40,436 nt of DNA from a virus. The DNA is taken from IMG/VR virus record IMGVR_UViG_3300045988_092566, positions 1 to 40,436 of that record. One strand, given 5' to 3'. The notes beneath the pieces are model-generated. The model did no database searches. It was given only the letters and a program-made list of their open reading frames with translations, and had not been told where the DNA came from. The position numbers and the translations under genes are program-made. This document shows, piece by piece, positions 1 through 7,676 of the stretch; position 1 is the stretch's first letter, and each line of letters begins with the position of its first letter.

Positions 1-76
1 AAAAAATAAGCCCTTGAAAACCTAATGTTTCCAAGGGCTCCGGTCGGGCTGACAGGATTTGAACCTGCGACATTCT
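1..76. repeat. attL: 76-bp direct repeat holding a duplicated tRNA 3' segment plus terminator, not an intact tRNA
   Basis: Bases 1-76 are identical to 40361-40436. The reverse complement contains a T-arm (GCAGGTTCAAATCCTGT) and the acceptor 3' strand. Sequence after 76 diverges into phage DNA. Confidence 0.95.
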
Positions 77-206
77 GTCATATCTGGTGGTTTTTAGGTT
101 TGGTTTGACAGAATGTTTGGAGATTGGGAAACGTTGGTATTTCAACGCTTTTACCATCCTGTAAGTTGTGACTGGTTATGACTGTATGGAACGCAACGTG
201 ACGGTC

Positions 207-228
207 TTTGTATGCGGTTTGTATGCGG
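207..228 (+). promoter_or_regulatory. Tandem TTTGTATGCGG x2, candidate integrase arm-type binding sites (P' arm)
   Basis: This is an exact 11-bp tandem duplication. A near-identical tandem pair lies at 40326-40346 next to attR in the same orientation. Confidence 0.45.
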
Positions 229-347
229 AATGAGGAAAAAGCCCCTCCCCCAGCAATGCTGAGAGAGGGGCGACTCGTACTCAATGTACGAGTAGGTCAT
301 AGTATTCTTACACTTCTCCAACATGATGTTAGAGAAATGAAAGGTTT

Positions 348-575
348 CTACTCGGAATACTGGGCCTTCAACTCGCTGACGCCGATCAACGCGCCAACCA
401 GCACGGCCAGAGCATTCAACGTGGTCACGATCTGGTCAACGCATGGAAGGTTCCATGCGGGGCCGACCACATGCACGAACACGGCCAAAGCGGGCAACGC
501 GATCAACGCGACCCATTTCAACGCCTTGTACGCCTTGTCCGGCAGCAGGTAGCCATTGGTATTGGATTCGTCCAT
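348..575 (-). CDS. Holin, Dp-1-like family (75 aa, 2 TM)
   Basis: A strong RBS (TTAAGGAGGTGTGGA) precedes the ATG at 575. The sequence KALKWVALIALPALAVF...LNALAVLVGALIGVS resembles Dp-1 type holins. The gene lies directly downstream of the endolysin. Confidence 0.7.
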   Translation of the reverse strand: MDESNTNGYLLPDKAYKALKWVALIALPALAVFVHVVGPAWNLPCVDQIVTTLNALAVLVGALIGVSELKAQYSE

Positions 576-603
576 TCCACACCTCCTTAAAATTCGAGGC
601 CGG

Positions 604-1845
604 TCAGTGCAAGACCTGACCGGGATAAATCGTGTACGGGGCACGCAACCCGTTGCGTTGGGCCGCGGCCGGCCAGCTGGAACCGTAGATCTTCCACAGG
701 CTCTCGCCCGCGGTGACCACGTGCGAGGTGGTTACGACATGGGCACCGACGCTGGAAGCGACCGAACCGCCGTAGCAGACTTGCTGCCCGGGCCAGATGC
801 GGTTGATGTTGCCGCTGGGCACGCTCCACGCGCTGGCCGGCGTGCGGCCGGTACGGCTGGCGATCGCGCCCATGGTGTCGCCGCTGGACACAACGACGCA
901 ATACGAGCCGGCATTGCCAGATGGCGTCGTGACGCCACTGCCGGACAGTCGCCGGTTAACTATGTCCATGACCGCCGCATAGTTGGATCCGAGCGCCTGT
1001 CGTCGTGCGGGATCGTTGCCGAAGTCGCCGCGGATGGTGCGCGTGGCCAGGGCATTCAGATCGACCGTCGGAGCTGTCGTGGGCTGTGGCGTCGGCTTGA
1101 CGTTCGGCAGGCTCGCCGTGCCCTTGTCGTCGGGGTTCGCGTACTTGCGCCAAGCCGCACGGTCGCCGCGGAACCTGTTCAGGTCGAGGCGCCCGGACCA
1201 GCCGCTGAGACTGCCGTTGCTCGTGTACTGACGCATGACCTCGCCGCGTGCGCCGAGGTTCCACGGTGCGGTCTGGTATCCGGTGACCATGTTCGTGGCG
1301 TACTGTGCGATCCAGATGCCGCAGTTCAGCTCGGTCTCCATGCCGGCGACCTGCCAGTACCCGGAGTCCATCGTGTAGATGATGGGGTTCACCCCGGTCA
1401 GGCGTTTGACCTCGCGCGCCCAGCGGCGCGGCCACTGCTTGTCGCCCCAGGCCGTGTTGTCCTGCGCCTCCCAGTCGAGGATCAGGACGCTCTTGTGCAC
1501 GTATCCGCGCACGTTATCGACGAAGAACCGGGCCTCAGCCTTCGGGTTGTCGCCGCGCGCGTAATGGTAGACGCCCGTCTCCTTGCCGCTGTTGATGGCA
1601 CCGGCGAGCTGACGGTTAGCGTCGGTGTTAACGCCGTTGGACAGGCATCCGCCGTACACGCCGCCGGAACCCCACGTGGTGCCGACGATGACGAAATCGG
1701 CCGGCACGCTCGCGGTGTCGATGCCGCACTGCCAGTTCGAAATGTCGTATCCGTCCATGTCGGCCATCGCCGCCGGGGCGAACGCCATGGAGGCTGCGAC
1801 GGCGAGCGCGGTCAGCGGCGTGCGCCAGCGTCGGCGGGGTTTCAT
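604..1845 (-). CDS. Endolysin: GH25 muramidase with N-terminal Sec-type signal peptide and C-terminal LysM-like repeats
   Basis: It carries the DGYDISNWQ GH25 motif. The N-terminus is MKPRRRWRTPLTALAVAASMAFAPAAMA. The C-terminus has two LysM-like units (GDTMGAIA..., GESLWKIY...). An alternative TTG start at 1878 would add 11 aa. Confidence 0.85.
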   Translation of the reverse strand: MKPRRRWRTPLTALAVAASMAFAPAAMADMDGYDISNWQCGIDTASVPADFVIVGTTWGSGGVYGGCLSNGVNTDANRQLAGAINSGKETGVYHYARGDNPKAEARFFVDNVRGYVHKSVLILDWEAQDNTAWGDKQWPRRWAREVKRLTGVNPIIYTMDSGYWQVAGMETELNCGIWIAQYATNMVTGYQTAPWNLGARGEVMRQYTSNGSLSGWSGRLDLNRFRGDRAAWRKYANPDDKGTASLPNVKPTPQPTTAPTVDLNALATRTIRGDFGNDPARRQALGSNYAAVMDIVNRRLSGSGVTTPSGNAGSYCVVVSSGDTMGAIASRTGRTPASAWSVPSGNINRIWPGQQVCYGGSVASSVGAHVVTTSHVVTAGESLWKIYGSSWPAAAQRNGLRAPYTIYPGQVLH

Positions 1846-1855
1846 GTGCTTCGGT

Positions 1856-1890
1856 TTGCCTTTGTTGAGGATACTCAAATTCCTCTCCTT
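1856..1890 (-). repeat. 35-bp conserved element, copy 1 (SD plus TTGAG-N4-CTCAA mini-palindrome) upstream of the endolysin
   Basis: TTGCCTTTGTTGAGGATACTCAAATTCCTCTCCTT differs at 1 position from 2425-2459. Confidence 0.8.
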
Positions 1891-1916
1891 CCTGCCCCAA
1901 GTCAGGGGCAAATAGA

Positions 1917-1942
1917 AAGGCCACCCCGTGGGGGGTGGCCTT
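1917..1942. terminator. GC-rich hairpin (AAGGCCACCCC/GGGGTGGCCTT), possible intrinsic terminator
   Basis: An 11-bp perfect stem with a 4-nt loop has T-rich flanks on both strands. It lies between the small TM ORF and the endolysin. Confidence 0.5.
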
Positions 1943-1961
1943 GGTTTTGAAAAAATCGATG

Positions 1962-2048
1962 TCAGCGCATGTGCGCGCCGTGATTGAACATGAGGATGAG
2001 CGCAAGCAATACCAGGTACGCTACGATTGCGATCATGAGACGTGTCAT
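1962..2048 (-). CDS. 28-aa hydrophobic peptide (MTRLMIAIVAYLVLLALILMFNHGAHMR), possible lysis accessory
   Basis: A GGAGG lies 7 nt upstream of the ATG at 2048. An ATGA overlap links it to the stop of the upstream TM protein gene. It has a single TM helix. Confidence 0.4.
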   Translation of the reverse strand: MTRLMIAIVAYLVLLALILMFNHGAHMR

Positions 2049-2359
2049 TGCTGGTCCTCCTGTATGTGCGCGTCGAGGATGTCGTTGCGCATTTCCGTGC
2101 CGACGCCATTGCCTCCCAGACCGCTGTAGGCGCGGTATATGCGTTCAGCGGTCCGTTTCGCCTCGACGGTGCATACGCCGCCGTTGTCCACCATCTGCCG
2201 ATGCAACAGTTCAAGCTTGCAGAACAGCAGCTCCTTCACGCCCTCGTACAGCGGGTCGCGCCTGTTGTCGATTTTGTCGAGCACCCACGGCACGAAAGCC
2301 CCGAAACCACCGGAACCGATGATGGCGACGACAATCGTGATGAGATATTCCTCATTCAT
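2045..2359 (-). CDS. Holin-like or lysis-associated membrane protein (104 aa, one N-terminal TM)
   Basis: The RBS GGGAGGAATCGAAAGG precedes the ATG at 2359. A TM segment (YLITIVVAIIGSGGFGAFVPWVL) is followed by a charged soluble tail. The gene sits at the head of the lysis cassette. Confidence 0.5.
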   Translation of the reverse strand: MNEEYLITIVVAIIGSGGFGAFVPWVLDKIDNRRDPLYEGVKELLFCKLELLHRQMVDNGGVCTVEAKRTAERIYRAYSGLGGNGVGTEMRNDILDAHIQEDQQ

Positions 2360-2424
2360 CCTTTCGATTCCTCCCATGGATTGACGCATCGGTCAGACCG
2401 CGCCGAAACCAACACGTCAACGGC

Positions 2425-2459
2425 TTGCCTTTGTTGAGGATGCTCAAATTCCTCTCCTT
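2425..2459 (-). repeat. 35-bp conserved element, copy 2, upstream of the holin-like gene
   Basis: TTGCCTTTGTTGAGGATGCTCAAATTCCTCTCCTT matches 1856-1890 at 34 of 35 positions. Confidence 0.8.
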
Positions 2460-2468
2460 TCTATATAA

Positions 2469-2494
2469 AAAAGCCACCCGTTTGGGTGGCTTTT
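2469..2494. terminator. Bidirectional intrinsic terminator hairpin (AAAAGCCACCC/GGGTGGCTTTT)
   Basis: A perfect stem with a 4-nt loop has A and T runs on both sides. Confidence 0.6.
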
Positions 2495-2511
2495 GTGGTT
2501 GGTGAAAAATA

Positions 2512-2883
2512 TCAGTAGGGACGGTCGGTGGCGGCGAACACGAGCGGCAATCCGGCATTCTGCAGCAGGGTCACGAGTGAACGGTCATCGAAACCACACA
2601 GGCGGGTCAGCACCGTCACGCCCGCATAAAACCGTACAGTCAAATTATTATTGTCGCTGATGAGATACGAGCCGTCCTTTAGCTGCCACACGACGTTCAC
2701 CAGTCCATCAGGCTTTGGTCTTGGCGGATTCAGCCAGCAGCCCTGCTCCACGTCGCCGGTGACGGTTATCTCACACCCCTCGTCGGTGGTCTTCGACGAG
2801 GCGGTCATGCCAGCAGGAGCCCACGGGGTGACCGCCTCACGGTCCTTCATGGTCGGCGGATTGTAAAGATTCCTGATTCTCAT
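2512..2883 (-). CDS. Hypothetical protein (123 aa)
   Basis: The ORF has an ATG at 2883 and high third-position GC in this frame. It lies downstream of the fibre genes. Confidence 0.55.
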   Translation of the reverse strand: MRIRNLYNPPTMKDREAVTPWAPAGMTASSKTTDEGCEITVTGDVEQGCWLNPPRPKPDGLVNVVWQLKDGSYLISDNNNLTVRFYAGVTVLTRLCGFDDRSLVTLLQNAGLPLVFAATDRPY

Positions 2884-2902
2884 GCCGCCACCCCCAATCC
2901 GC

Positions 2903-3226
2903 TTAGTAGGGTGCGGTGTCGGCGGTGAAGAAGCCCGGAAGCCCCCCCCCCACGACGTAAATGTCGTATGCGGGTTTCGATTCAATGGCGATATCACGGC
3001 AGGTGGTCTTGTCCTGCACCTGCACCAGCATGCTCGTGGTCTTGTCCAAATGGAATTCCGCCTCATTCAGCGTCTCGCCTAATGTGGCGGAACAGTTCCA
3101 GTCGGTGTCGCCCACGAAGAGTATGCCGCCCGTCTTGCTGACATGCCAGTCACCCTTCGGGAGCATGCCGAACCGGCGCACCGTATCCGTCAGCACAGGG
3201 TTCGAATAGGCGAGTTTCCGTCTCAT
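2903..3226 (-). CDS. Hypothetical protein (107 aa) containing a G10 tract near its 3' end
   Basis: An ATGA overlap links it to the stop of the 550-aa fibre gene. The homopolymer at 2942-2951 encodes the GGG in ...YVVGGGLPGFF. Confidence 0.55.
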   Translation of the reverse strand: MRRKLAYSNPVLTDTVRRFGMLPKGDWHVSKTGGILFVGDTDWNCSATLGETLNEAEFHLDKTTSMLVQVQDKTTCRDIAIESKPAYDIYVVGGGLPGFFTADTAPY

Positions 3227-4875
3227 TCCAATTCCTTTCCGGTCAATAGTGTCCAGCTGTCTATGGTTTTCCGCCAGATTTCGCGTGGCCTGTCCACGAG
3301 GAAGAACATCGAATTGGCGTCCGCGGCGGCCGTACCGTACGCGCCGGTGTAATATCGCAGGCCATTGTGGAGTTTTTCGGTGCGCACCCACAGGTCGCCG
3401 ACCACTCCGTCCGGCTGGTCGGCCTGAAGGTATACGTGCTTGGTGACAGTGGTGCCACCGGCTTTGATGGTGACTTCCGCTGGATGGTAGCAGTCCGATT
3501 TGAGCGCGGCCAATAGCGTGGTCGTATTGCTCACCCACGTCAGGGTCTGGCCGGCCAACGTGGCAACCGTGGTGTCCCGTGACGCCATGGACGCGTCCAC
3601 GTCCGACGTGTGCCCGTCCAGGTACGCGGCCACCGGTTTGAGCCTGATGGTCGGCTGGTCGGGAATCTCATACGGGCCGGCCACGACGAAGTCCACGGGT
3701 TCCATCCACAGGTCCGTCCGCATCGTGGCCGCGGGGAACCATTTGCGTAATTGCTCAAGGGTCTTTGCGGCTTCGCTGGCGGCGGCCGAAGCGGTATCGG
3801 CATGTTCCGCGCTGACCGTCTCAGACGTTTTCGCCGCGGTCTCGCTGGCCTTGGCCTTATCGGCCGATGTGGCCGCATCATGCGCTTTGCCGGTGGCCGT
3901 GCTGGCGGAGGTATTGGCTGATTGGGCGGCCGTCTCCGCGTTGGCCGCGCTGGCATTGGCCGCGGCCTCGCTGTCTTTTGCCTTCGCCGCCGAATCGGAT
4001 GCCGCCGTCGCCGACCGTGCCGCCGCGCTCTCGGATGCCGATGCCGCCGACTTGGATTGTCCGGCGCTCTCGGCCGACTTCGCGGAGGCGGATTCGCTCG
4101 CCTGCGCCGCAGTGGCGGATCGCCCCGCCGCCTGGGCCTTGTCGGCGGCCGTCCGCATGGCGTCTTCGGCGGCCTGCCTTGCCGCCTCGGCCCTGGCCTG
4201 CGCGTCGATCGCGGCGTCGGCCTTGCCGCCCGCTGTCTTGGCCGCGGTGTCGGCGGTAGCCGCGTCACGCCCGACCTGTGCGGCTGTCTCCGTGATCCGC
4301 GCCGCAATGGTCTTGGCCTCGCCGATCAGCCCCTGCGCCGTGGTCTCGGCTTCGTGCGCGAGACTGGCGCTGGACGCCGCCGCCGTCTGCGATGCGAGTG
4401 CCCTCACGGCCGCATCCGCCGCCTTCGCACTCTCCTGCCCCGCCACTCCTTCGCTGGCCTTCGCCGCCTGCGCGGACCGTTCGTCGCGGGCCACCTTGTC
4501 GTCGATCGAATCGATCTGATCCAGAGCGGACTGGGCGGCTCGGGTCACGGTCTCCCACGCGGCCACCGTCTCCGAGCTCGGATCGAGCGTGGCGGGATCC
4601 ACATCCGCCAGCCCTGAGTACTCCGCCGACTCCTTGTCGGGCACCTCGACGTATCGCACGATTCCGCCCGCCACCAGCTCGCTCACCCTCCACACCCACT
4701 GGGTGGTCGAGGGCATCACCTCCGCGGTGGCCTCGCCTTTGTCGAGCTTGACGGTCTGCGCGACCGGCAGGCGGATCGCGTCACGCACCGTCACGCGTCT
4801 TGTGGGCACGAGGCTCACGCTGCCGTCCAGACCGCACCCCTCGGCGTCGGTCAGGTGGAAATGCACCAATGTCAT
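3223..4875 (-). CDS. Tail fibre or minor tail protein with a long Ala-rich coiled-coil stalk (550 aa)
   Basis: It has a globular N-terminus, about 270 aa of A/S/T/E/K-rich repeats, and a globular C-terminus. Other frames in this region are shadow ORFs. Confidence 0.7.
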   Translation of the reverse strand: MTLVHFHLTDAEGCGLDGSVSLVPTRRVTVRDAIRLPVAQTVKLDKGEATAEVMPSTTQWVWRVSELVAGGIVRYVEVPDKESAEYSGLADVDPATLDPSSETVAAWETVTRAAQSALDQIDSIDDKVARDERSAQAAKASEGVAGQESAKAADAAVRALASQTAAASSASLAHEAETTAQGLIGEAKTIAARITETAAQVGRDAATADTAAKTAGGKADAAIDAQARAEAARQAAEDAMRTAADKAQAAGRSATAAQASESASAKSAESAGQSKSAASASESAAARSATAASDSAAKAKDSEAAANASAANAETAAQSANTSASTATGKAHDAATSADKAKASETAAKTSETVSAEHADTASAAASEAAKTLEQLRKWFPAATMRTDLWMEPVDFVVAGPYEIPDQPTIRLKPVAAYLDGHTSDVDASMASRDTTVATLAGQTLTWVSNTTTLLAALKSDCYHPAEVTIKAGGTTVTKHVYLQADQPDGVVGDLWVRTEKLHNGLRYYTGAYGTAAADANSMFFLVDRPREIWRKTIDSWTLLTGKELE

Positions 4876-5099
4876 GAGTACTCCTTCCTTAATTCCGTGC
4901 TTGACAAGAGATCAAGCGGCGACATCGGCTCCCCCATGGGTCAAGCCTCTTCGACTGCCGTCCCTGAACCATCCGGTTGGAATCACGCGCACGGTGGCGT
5001 TGGACAGGTCGACGATGCCGCCTGCACTGGGTTTGCCGAAGTCGAAATTGATCTTGTCATCCGTGTCCTCCTTTAGAACAGTGGTTTGAAAAACGGGTG

Positions 5100-5152
5100 G
5101 AAAACCCACAGGTCGGAACGTTTCGCCGGAACGATGCCGACTGTGGGTTTTC
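5100..5152. promoter_or_regulatory. Long inverted repeat (about 16-bp stem) immediately upstream of the recombinase RBS
   Basis: GAAAACCCACAGGTCGG ... CCGACTGTGGGTTTTC, with T-rich flanks on both strands. Confidence 0.5.
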
Positions 5153-5173
5153 ACAAGGTGAAAGGTAAGAAGA

Positions 5174-6046
5174 ATGCTGTTGGGAACGTTCGTGGATGAT
5201 GTCTGGTGGCCGTCCTGCGCGAGGCTCCGTGAATGTACAAGAGTGGGCTACGAATCGGCCTACCGTTGTCATATCCAGTCGAAGTGGGGTGGTGTCGATA
5301 TGGAGTCGATCACTGCATCAGATATCGAGGAATGGCTAGGCTCGTTCAAGCGGGCTGGCGCCGCACGGAAGGCTTGGGCCGTTCTGCGGGCGATACTGAG
5401 GCTCGCCTACCGGCGTGGCGTCACGGACAATGACGTGACCAGAAGGGAGATCCGTTTGCCGCATCTCCGCCGTTACGAGCCGCGGGTATTGGACGCACGC
5501 CAGGTGCGCCGCCTGCTGAAAGGCTTCTATGGCCACGCGTTGGAGGCGTGGCTGCTGGTCTCCGTATGCGCCGGATTGAGACGATGCGAGTCCGTCGGCA
5601 TCGAATGGTCCGATCTGGACTTGAAGCGAGGCACGGTCACCGTCAAACGTTCCGTGCAATGGGTCGCCGGCCATGAGACGGTCACCGACCCGAAAACCGA
5701 CCAGAGCAGACGAACCGTGGCACTTCCCCGATTCGCAGTCAAAAGGCTCGCGCAGTTGAAACACGGCAGGAGCGGACGGCTGGTAGGAGACCTGAACGCT
5801 AACCAGGTCGCCTCACACTACATGGCATGGTGCCGGCGGATGAAACTCCCCTGCGTGCCGCCACGCAACCTGCGCCACACCTTCGGAACACTGGCGATTG
5901 CCGCCGGCGCCGACATCTCAGTGGTCGCACGCCAGCTCGGACACAGCGACATCAAGACCACGGCCCGCTACTATCTGCGCCCGGATCTGTCGGTGCTGAA
6001 GAGTCTGCAGCGGGCATGGGAGCGGCTCATTATCGGGGTCGCATAG
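5174..6046 (+). CDS. Tyrosine recombinase, shufflon-type invertase (Rci/Rin-like), 290 aa
   Basis: Catalytic-type motifs are present: AGLRRCE, LRHTFGT, GHSDIKTTARYY. It is the only plus-strand gene in the late region. Its TAG stop is the first 3 nt of the inverted recombination site. Confidence 0.85.
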   Translation: MLLGTFVDDVWWPSCARLRECTRVGYESAYRCHIQSKWGGVDMESITASDIEEWLGSFKRAGAARKAWAVLRAILRLAYRRGVTDNDVTRREIRLPHLRRYEPRVLDARQVRRLLKGFYGHALEAWLLVSVCAGLRRCESVGIEWSDLDLKRGTVTVKRSVQWVAGHETVTDPKTDQSRRTVALPRFAVKRLAQLKHGRSGRLVGDLNANQVASHYMAWCRRMKLPCVPPRNLRHTFGTLAIAAGADISVVARQLGHSDIKTTARYYLRPDLSVLKSLQRAWERLIIGVA

Positions 6047-6059
6047 CTTTCCGTAGCCC
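6044..6059 (-). repeat. Recombination site S6, the only copy in inverted orientation
   Basis: TAGCTTTCCGTAGCCC is the reverse complement of GGGCTACGGAAAGCTA, with one mismatch to the core of the other six sites. Confidence 0.85.
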
Positions 6060-6406
6060 TCACTGCTACCTTTAAGTTTCAGGACACAGGATCGTTTGTT
6101 GGCGCCCTATATGGTGGATCCAACACGATTACCGTCAAGGGCAACATGCTGTATGTCGATTTGAGCTCTTTCAAATCAACCGTCGAAATCTCGAACTACC
6201 GTGTCTGGTTATATCAGTCAGGGATACGTCCATCGGCCACAATTGGACTGGGATGTGTTGGATCAAGTCTTGCGGATCCGCGCTACAACAAGCAAGCGAA
6301 TTGGAATCCGGATGGCAGTATTACGTTACTTGGCGGAATTGGCAGGGAGAACATTCTGATGCAGCGTTTTTCCATGCCGATTCCTAGTGGAGTGACGTTC
6401 TCCTAG
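6060..6406 (+). other. Silent RBP C-terminal cassette A (plus orientation, about 116 aa)
   Basis: The open frame continues directly from the TCC GTA GCC junction of S6 (LSVALTATFKF...GVTFS*). It has no start codon or RBS of its own at the junction. Confidence 0.8.
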
Positions 6407-6728
6407 ACAAGTGGCACCGTGATACAGCCTTCGACCCATCCCCCGTTTGCGCTTACTGTCATCTTTCCCGAGGAACGCAAGGCGATGGTGTGCTGCGCCA
6501 CCTGCACTTCGACGCCATGCAATCCGATGCTCGAATTGGATACTGCGGCGCAATGCACCTCGAAAGCCGCCTCCAAACCGGCTGGGAGTGTGAAAAGCGG
6601 GGATGTCTCCCATTCTTTCGCCGCATTCCAGTCGCTACCGACTCGGATTGCGTGGAATGCGACGATCAACAGCTTGCCTACCAGCGCGGTACGGTAATTC
6701 ACGTTCCAATTCTGGTTCGATCTGGTGA
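6403..6728 (-). other. Silent RBP C-terminal cassette C5 (about 109 aa)
   Basis: The frame runs from the S5 junction as SVTLTRSNQNWNVNYRTALVGK...VPLV*. Its stop shares the CTAG at 6403-6406 with cassette A. Confidence 0.8.
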
Positions 6729-6744
6729 GGGTTACGGAAAGCTA
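6729..6744 (+). repeat. Recombination site S5
   Basis: GGGTTACGGAAAGCTA. Confidence 0.85.
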
Positions 6745-6745
6745 T

Positions 6746-7041
6746 TCAGGCGAGAATGTAGGTCATCGTCCCGTAGAACGTGCCGCTGTTCTGCACCGCG
6801 CCACAATTGGCATAACGGAAATTGCCATTCGTTTCCAGAATGAAATCACGCTGGCTGCCACCATCACGCCCCGACCACGTACCATGCGTGACGACCGCAG
6901 GCCTCCAACCCTTCGGAATTGTACCGAACTGTCCACTGCCCCACGAGTCAGTGCTCGCGCTTTTCCAGTTGATGCTAATCTGCGCGATCTTGCCAGACTT
7001 CACGCCGGTCACGGTGCCATACTGCGATTTAATCAAAGTCT
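6746..7041 (-). other. Silent RBP C-terminal cassette C4 (about 99 aa)
   Basis: In frame from the S4 junction: SVTQTLIKSQYGTVTG...TMTYILA*. Confidence 0.8.
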
Positions 7042-7057
7042 GGGTTACGGAATGCTA
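7042..7057 (+). repeat. Recombination site S4
   Basis: GGGTTACGGAATGCTA. The CTA provides the TAG stop of cassette C3. Confidence 0.85.
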
Positions 7058-7353
7058 TTTCACCGACCAGCAGCCGCAGATGCGGAAATAGTATCCACGG
7101 TTCATGCTGCCGTTGATCGTGACCTTGCCGTCAGAGTCAAAGTACAAGGCTCCATGCTGCCCGTTCACGCCTTCCAGCAGTATCGTGCCTTCATCCTCCG
7201 GCAGGAAACCGGCGACCATCGTCTCATTCACGATCTGGCCGTTGGTATTGATGTCGGAGGAGAAGGACGTGTTGCCAAAAGCGAACGCCATCCTGCCGAC
7301 TTTGGCGAGACGCACCGTCATGCCGTAAGGCCCATGCCAGATCTGCCGTTCAA
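7055..7353 (-). other. Silent RBP C-terminal cassette C3 (about 100 aa)
   Basis: In frame from the S3 junction: SVTLERQIWHGPYGMTVRLAK...CGCWSVK*. Confidence 0.8.
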
Positions 7354-7369
7354 GGGTTACGGAAAGCTA
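7354..7369 (+). repeat. Recombination site S3
   Basis: GGGTTACGGAAAGCTA. Confidence 0.85.
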
Positions 7370-7373
7370 GAAA

Positions 7374-7657
7374 TCATGGGATTGGGAAACAAAGCGTGCC
7401 GACGCAATCCTGATTGCTGCCAACGTTTCCCATGTTCGCCACTCGGATAGTTCCATCAGCTCTGGCCGTGAGGCTTCGCGCCGTTTGCCCATTTGATACA
7501 AGGCAGACAGTCGACAAGTCAACGATGGGACGATACCAGGACGCGAGCTTTACCGGACATTCAACAGCATCCCAACTGCCCGAACCGATTTTCCCACTGA
7601 ACTTGATCAAAATCATCCTGCCGTTACGCATGATGATCCAATTGGAATCCTGGTACA
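7374..7657 (-). other. Silent RBP C-terminal cassette C2 (about 95 aa), paralogous to C1
   Basis: In frame from the S2 junction: SVTLYQDSNWIIMRNGRMILIKFSGKIGSGSWD...CFPIP*. Confidence 0.8.
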
Positions 7658-7673
7658 GGGTTACGGAAAACTA
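7658..7673 (+). repeat. Recombination site S2
   Basis: GGGTTACGGAAAACTA. Confidence 0.85.
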
Positions 7674-7676
7674 TCC

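Noticed and set aside
42-118. Possible intact tRNA at the left end
   Set aside because: Only the T-arm and the acceptor 3' strand (up to base 76) match the right-end copy. The sequence beyond that point does not supply a complementary 5' acceptor strand (CGGGCTG), so this is the duplicated att fragment.
78-284. 68-aa minus-strand ORF in the attL-proximal region
   Set aside because: It has no RBS and low coding character. The region is better explained as the attP arm carrying the tandem repeats.
556-1950. 464-aa plus-strand ORF antisense to the endolysin gene
   Set aside because: It is Arg/Gly/Ala-rich, as expected for an open antisense frame in high-GC DNA. The minus strand encodes a recognisable GH25/LysM endolysin.
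3500-4699. Several long overlapping ORFs (3500-4519 +, 3540-4307 -, 3922-4617 +, 4265-4699 -) inside the fibre gene
   Set aside because: These are Ala/Arg/Pro-rich alternative frames of a GC-rich, Ala-repeat coding region. Only the 3223-4875 minus frame gives a coherent protein with globular ends.
4912-5154. 80-aa minus-strand ORF between the fibre gene and the recombinase, with an AAAGGAGG motif inside it
   Set aside because: The SD-like motif precedes an ATG in a different, low-GC3 frame (25 aa). The long frame would have to start inside the big hairpin. The evidence is too weak to call, although part of the frame has coding-like GC3.
5174-6046. Second tyrosine recombinase as evidence for a second or nested mobile element
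   Set aside because: There are no second att-like repeats. The gene abuts the array of seven conserved sites and cassettes, so an invertase role is far better supported.
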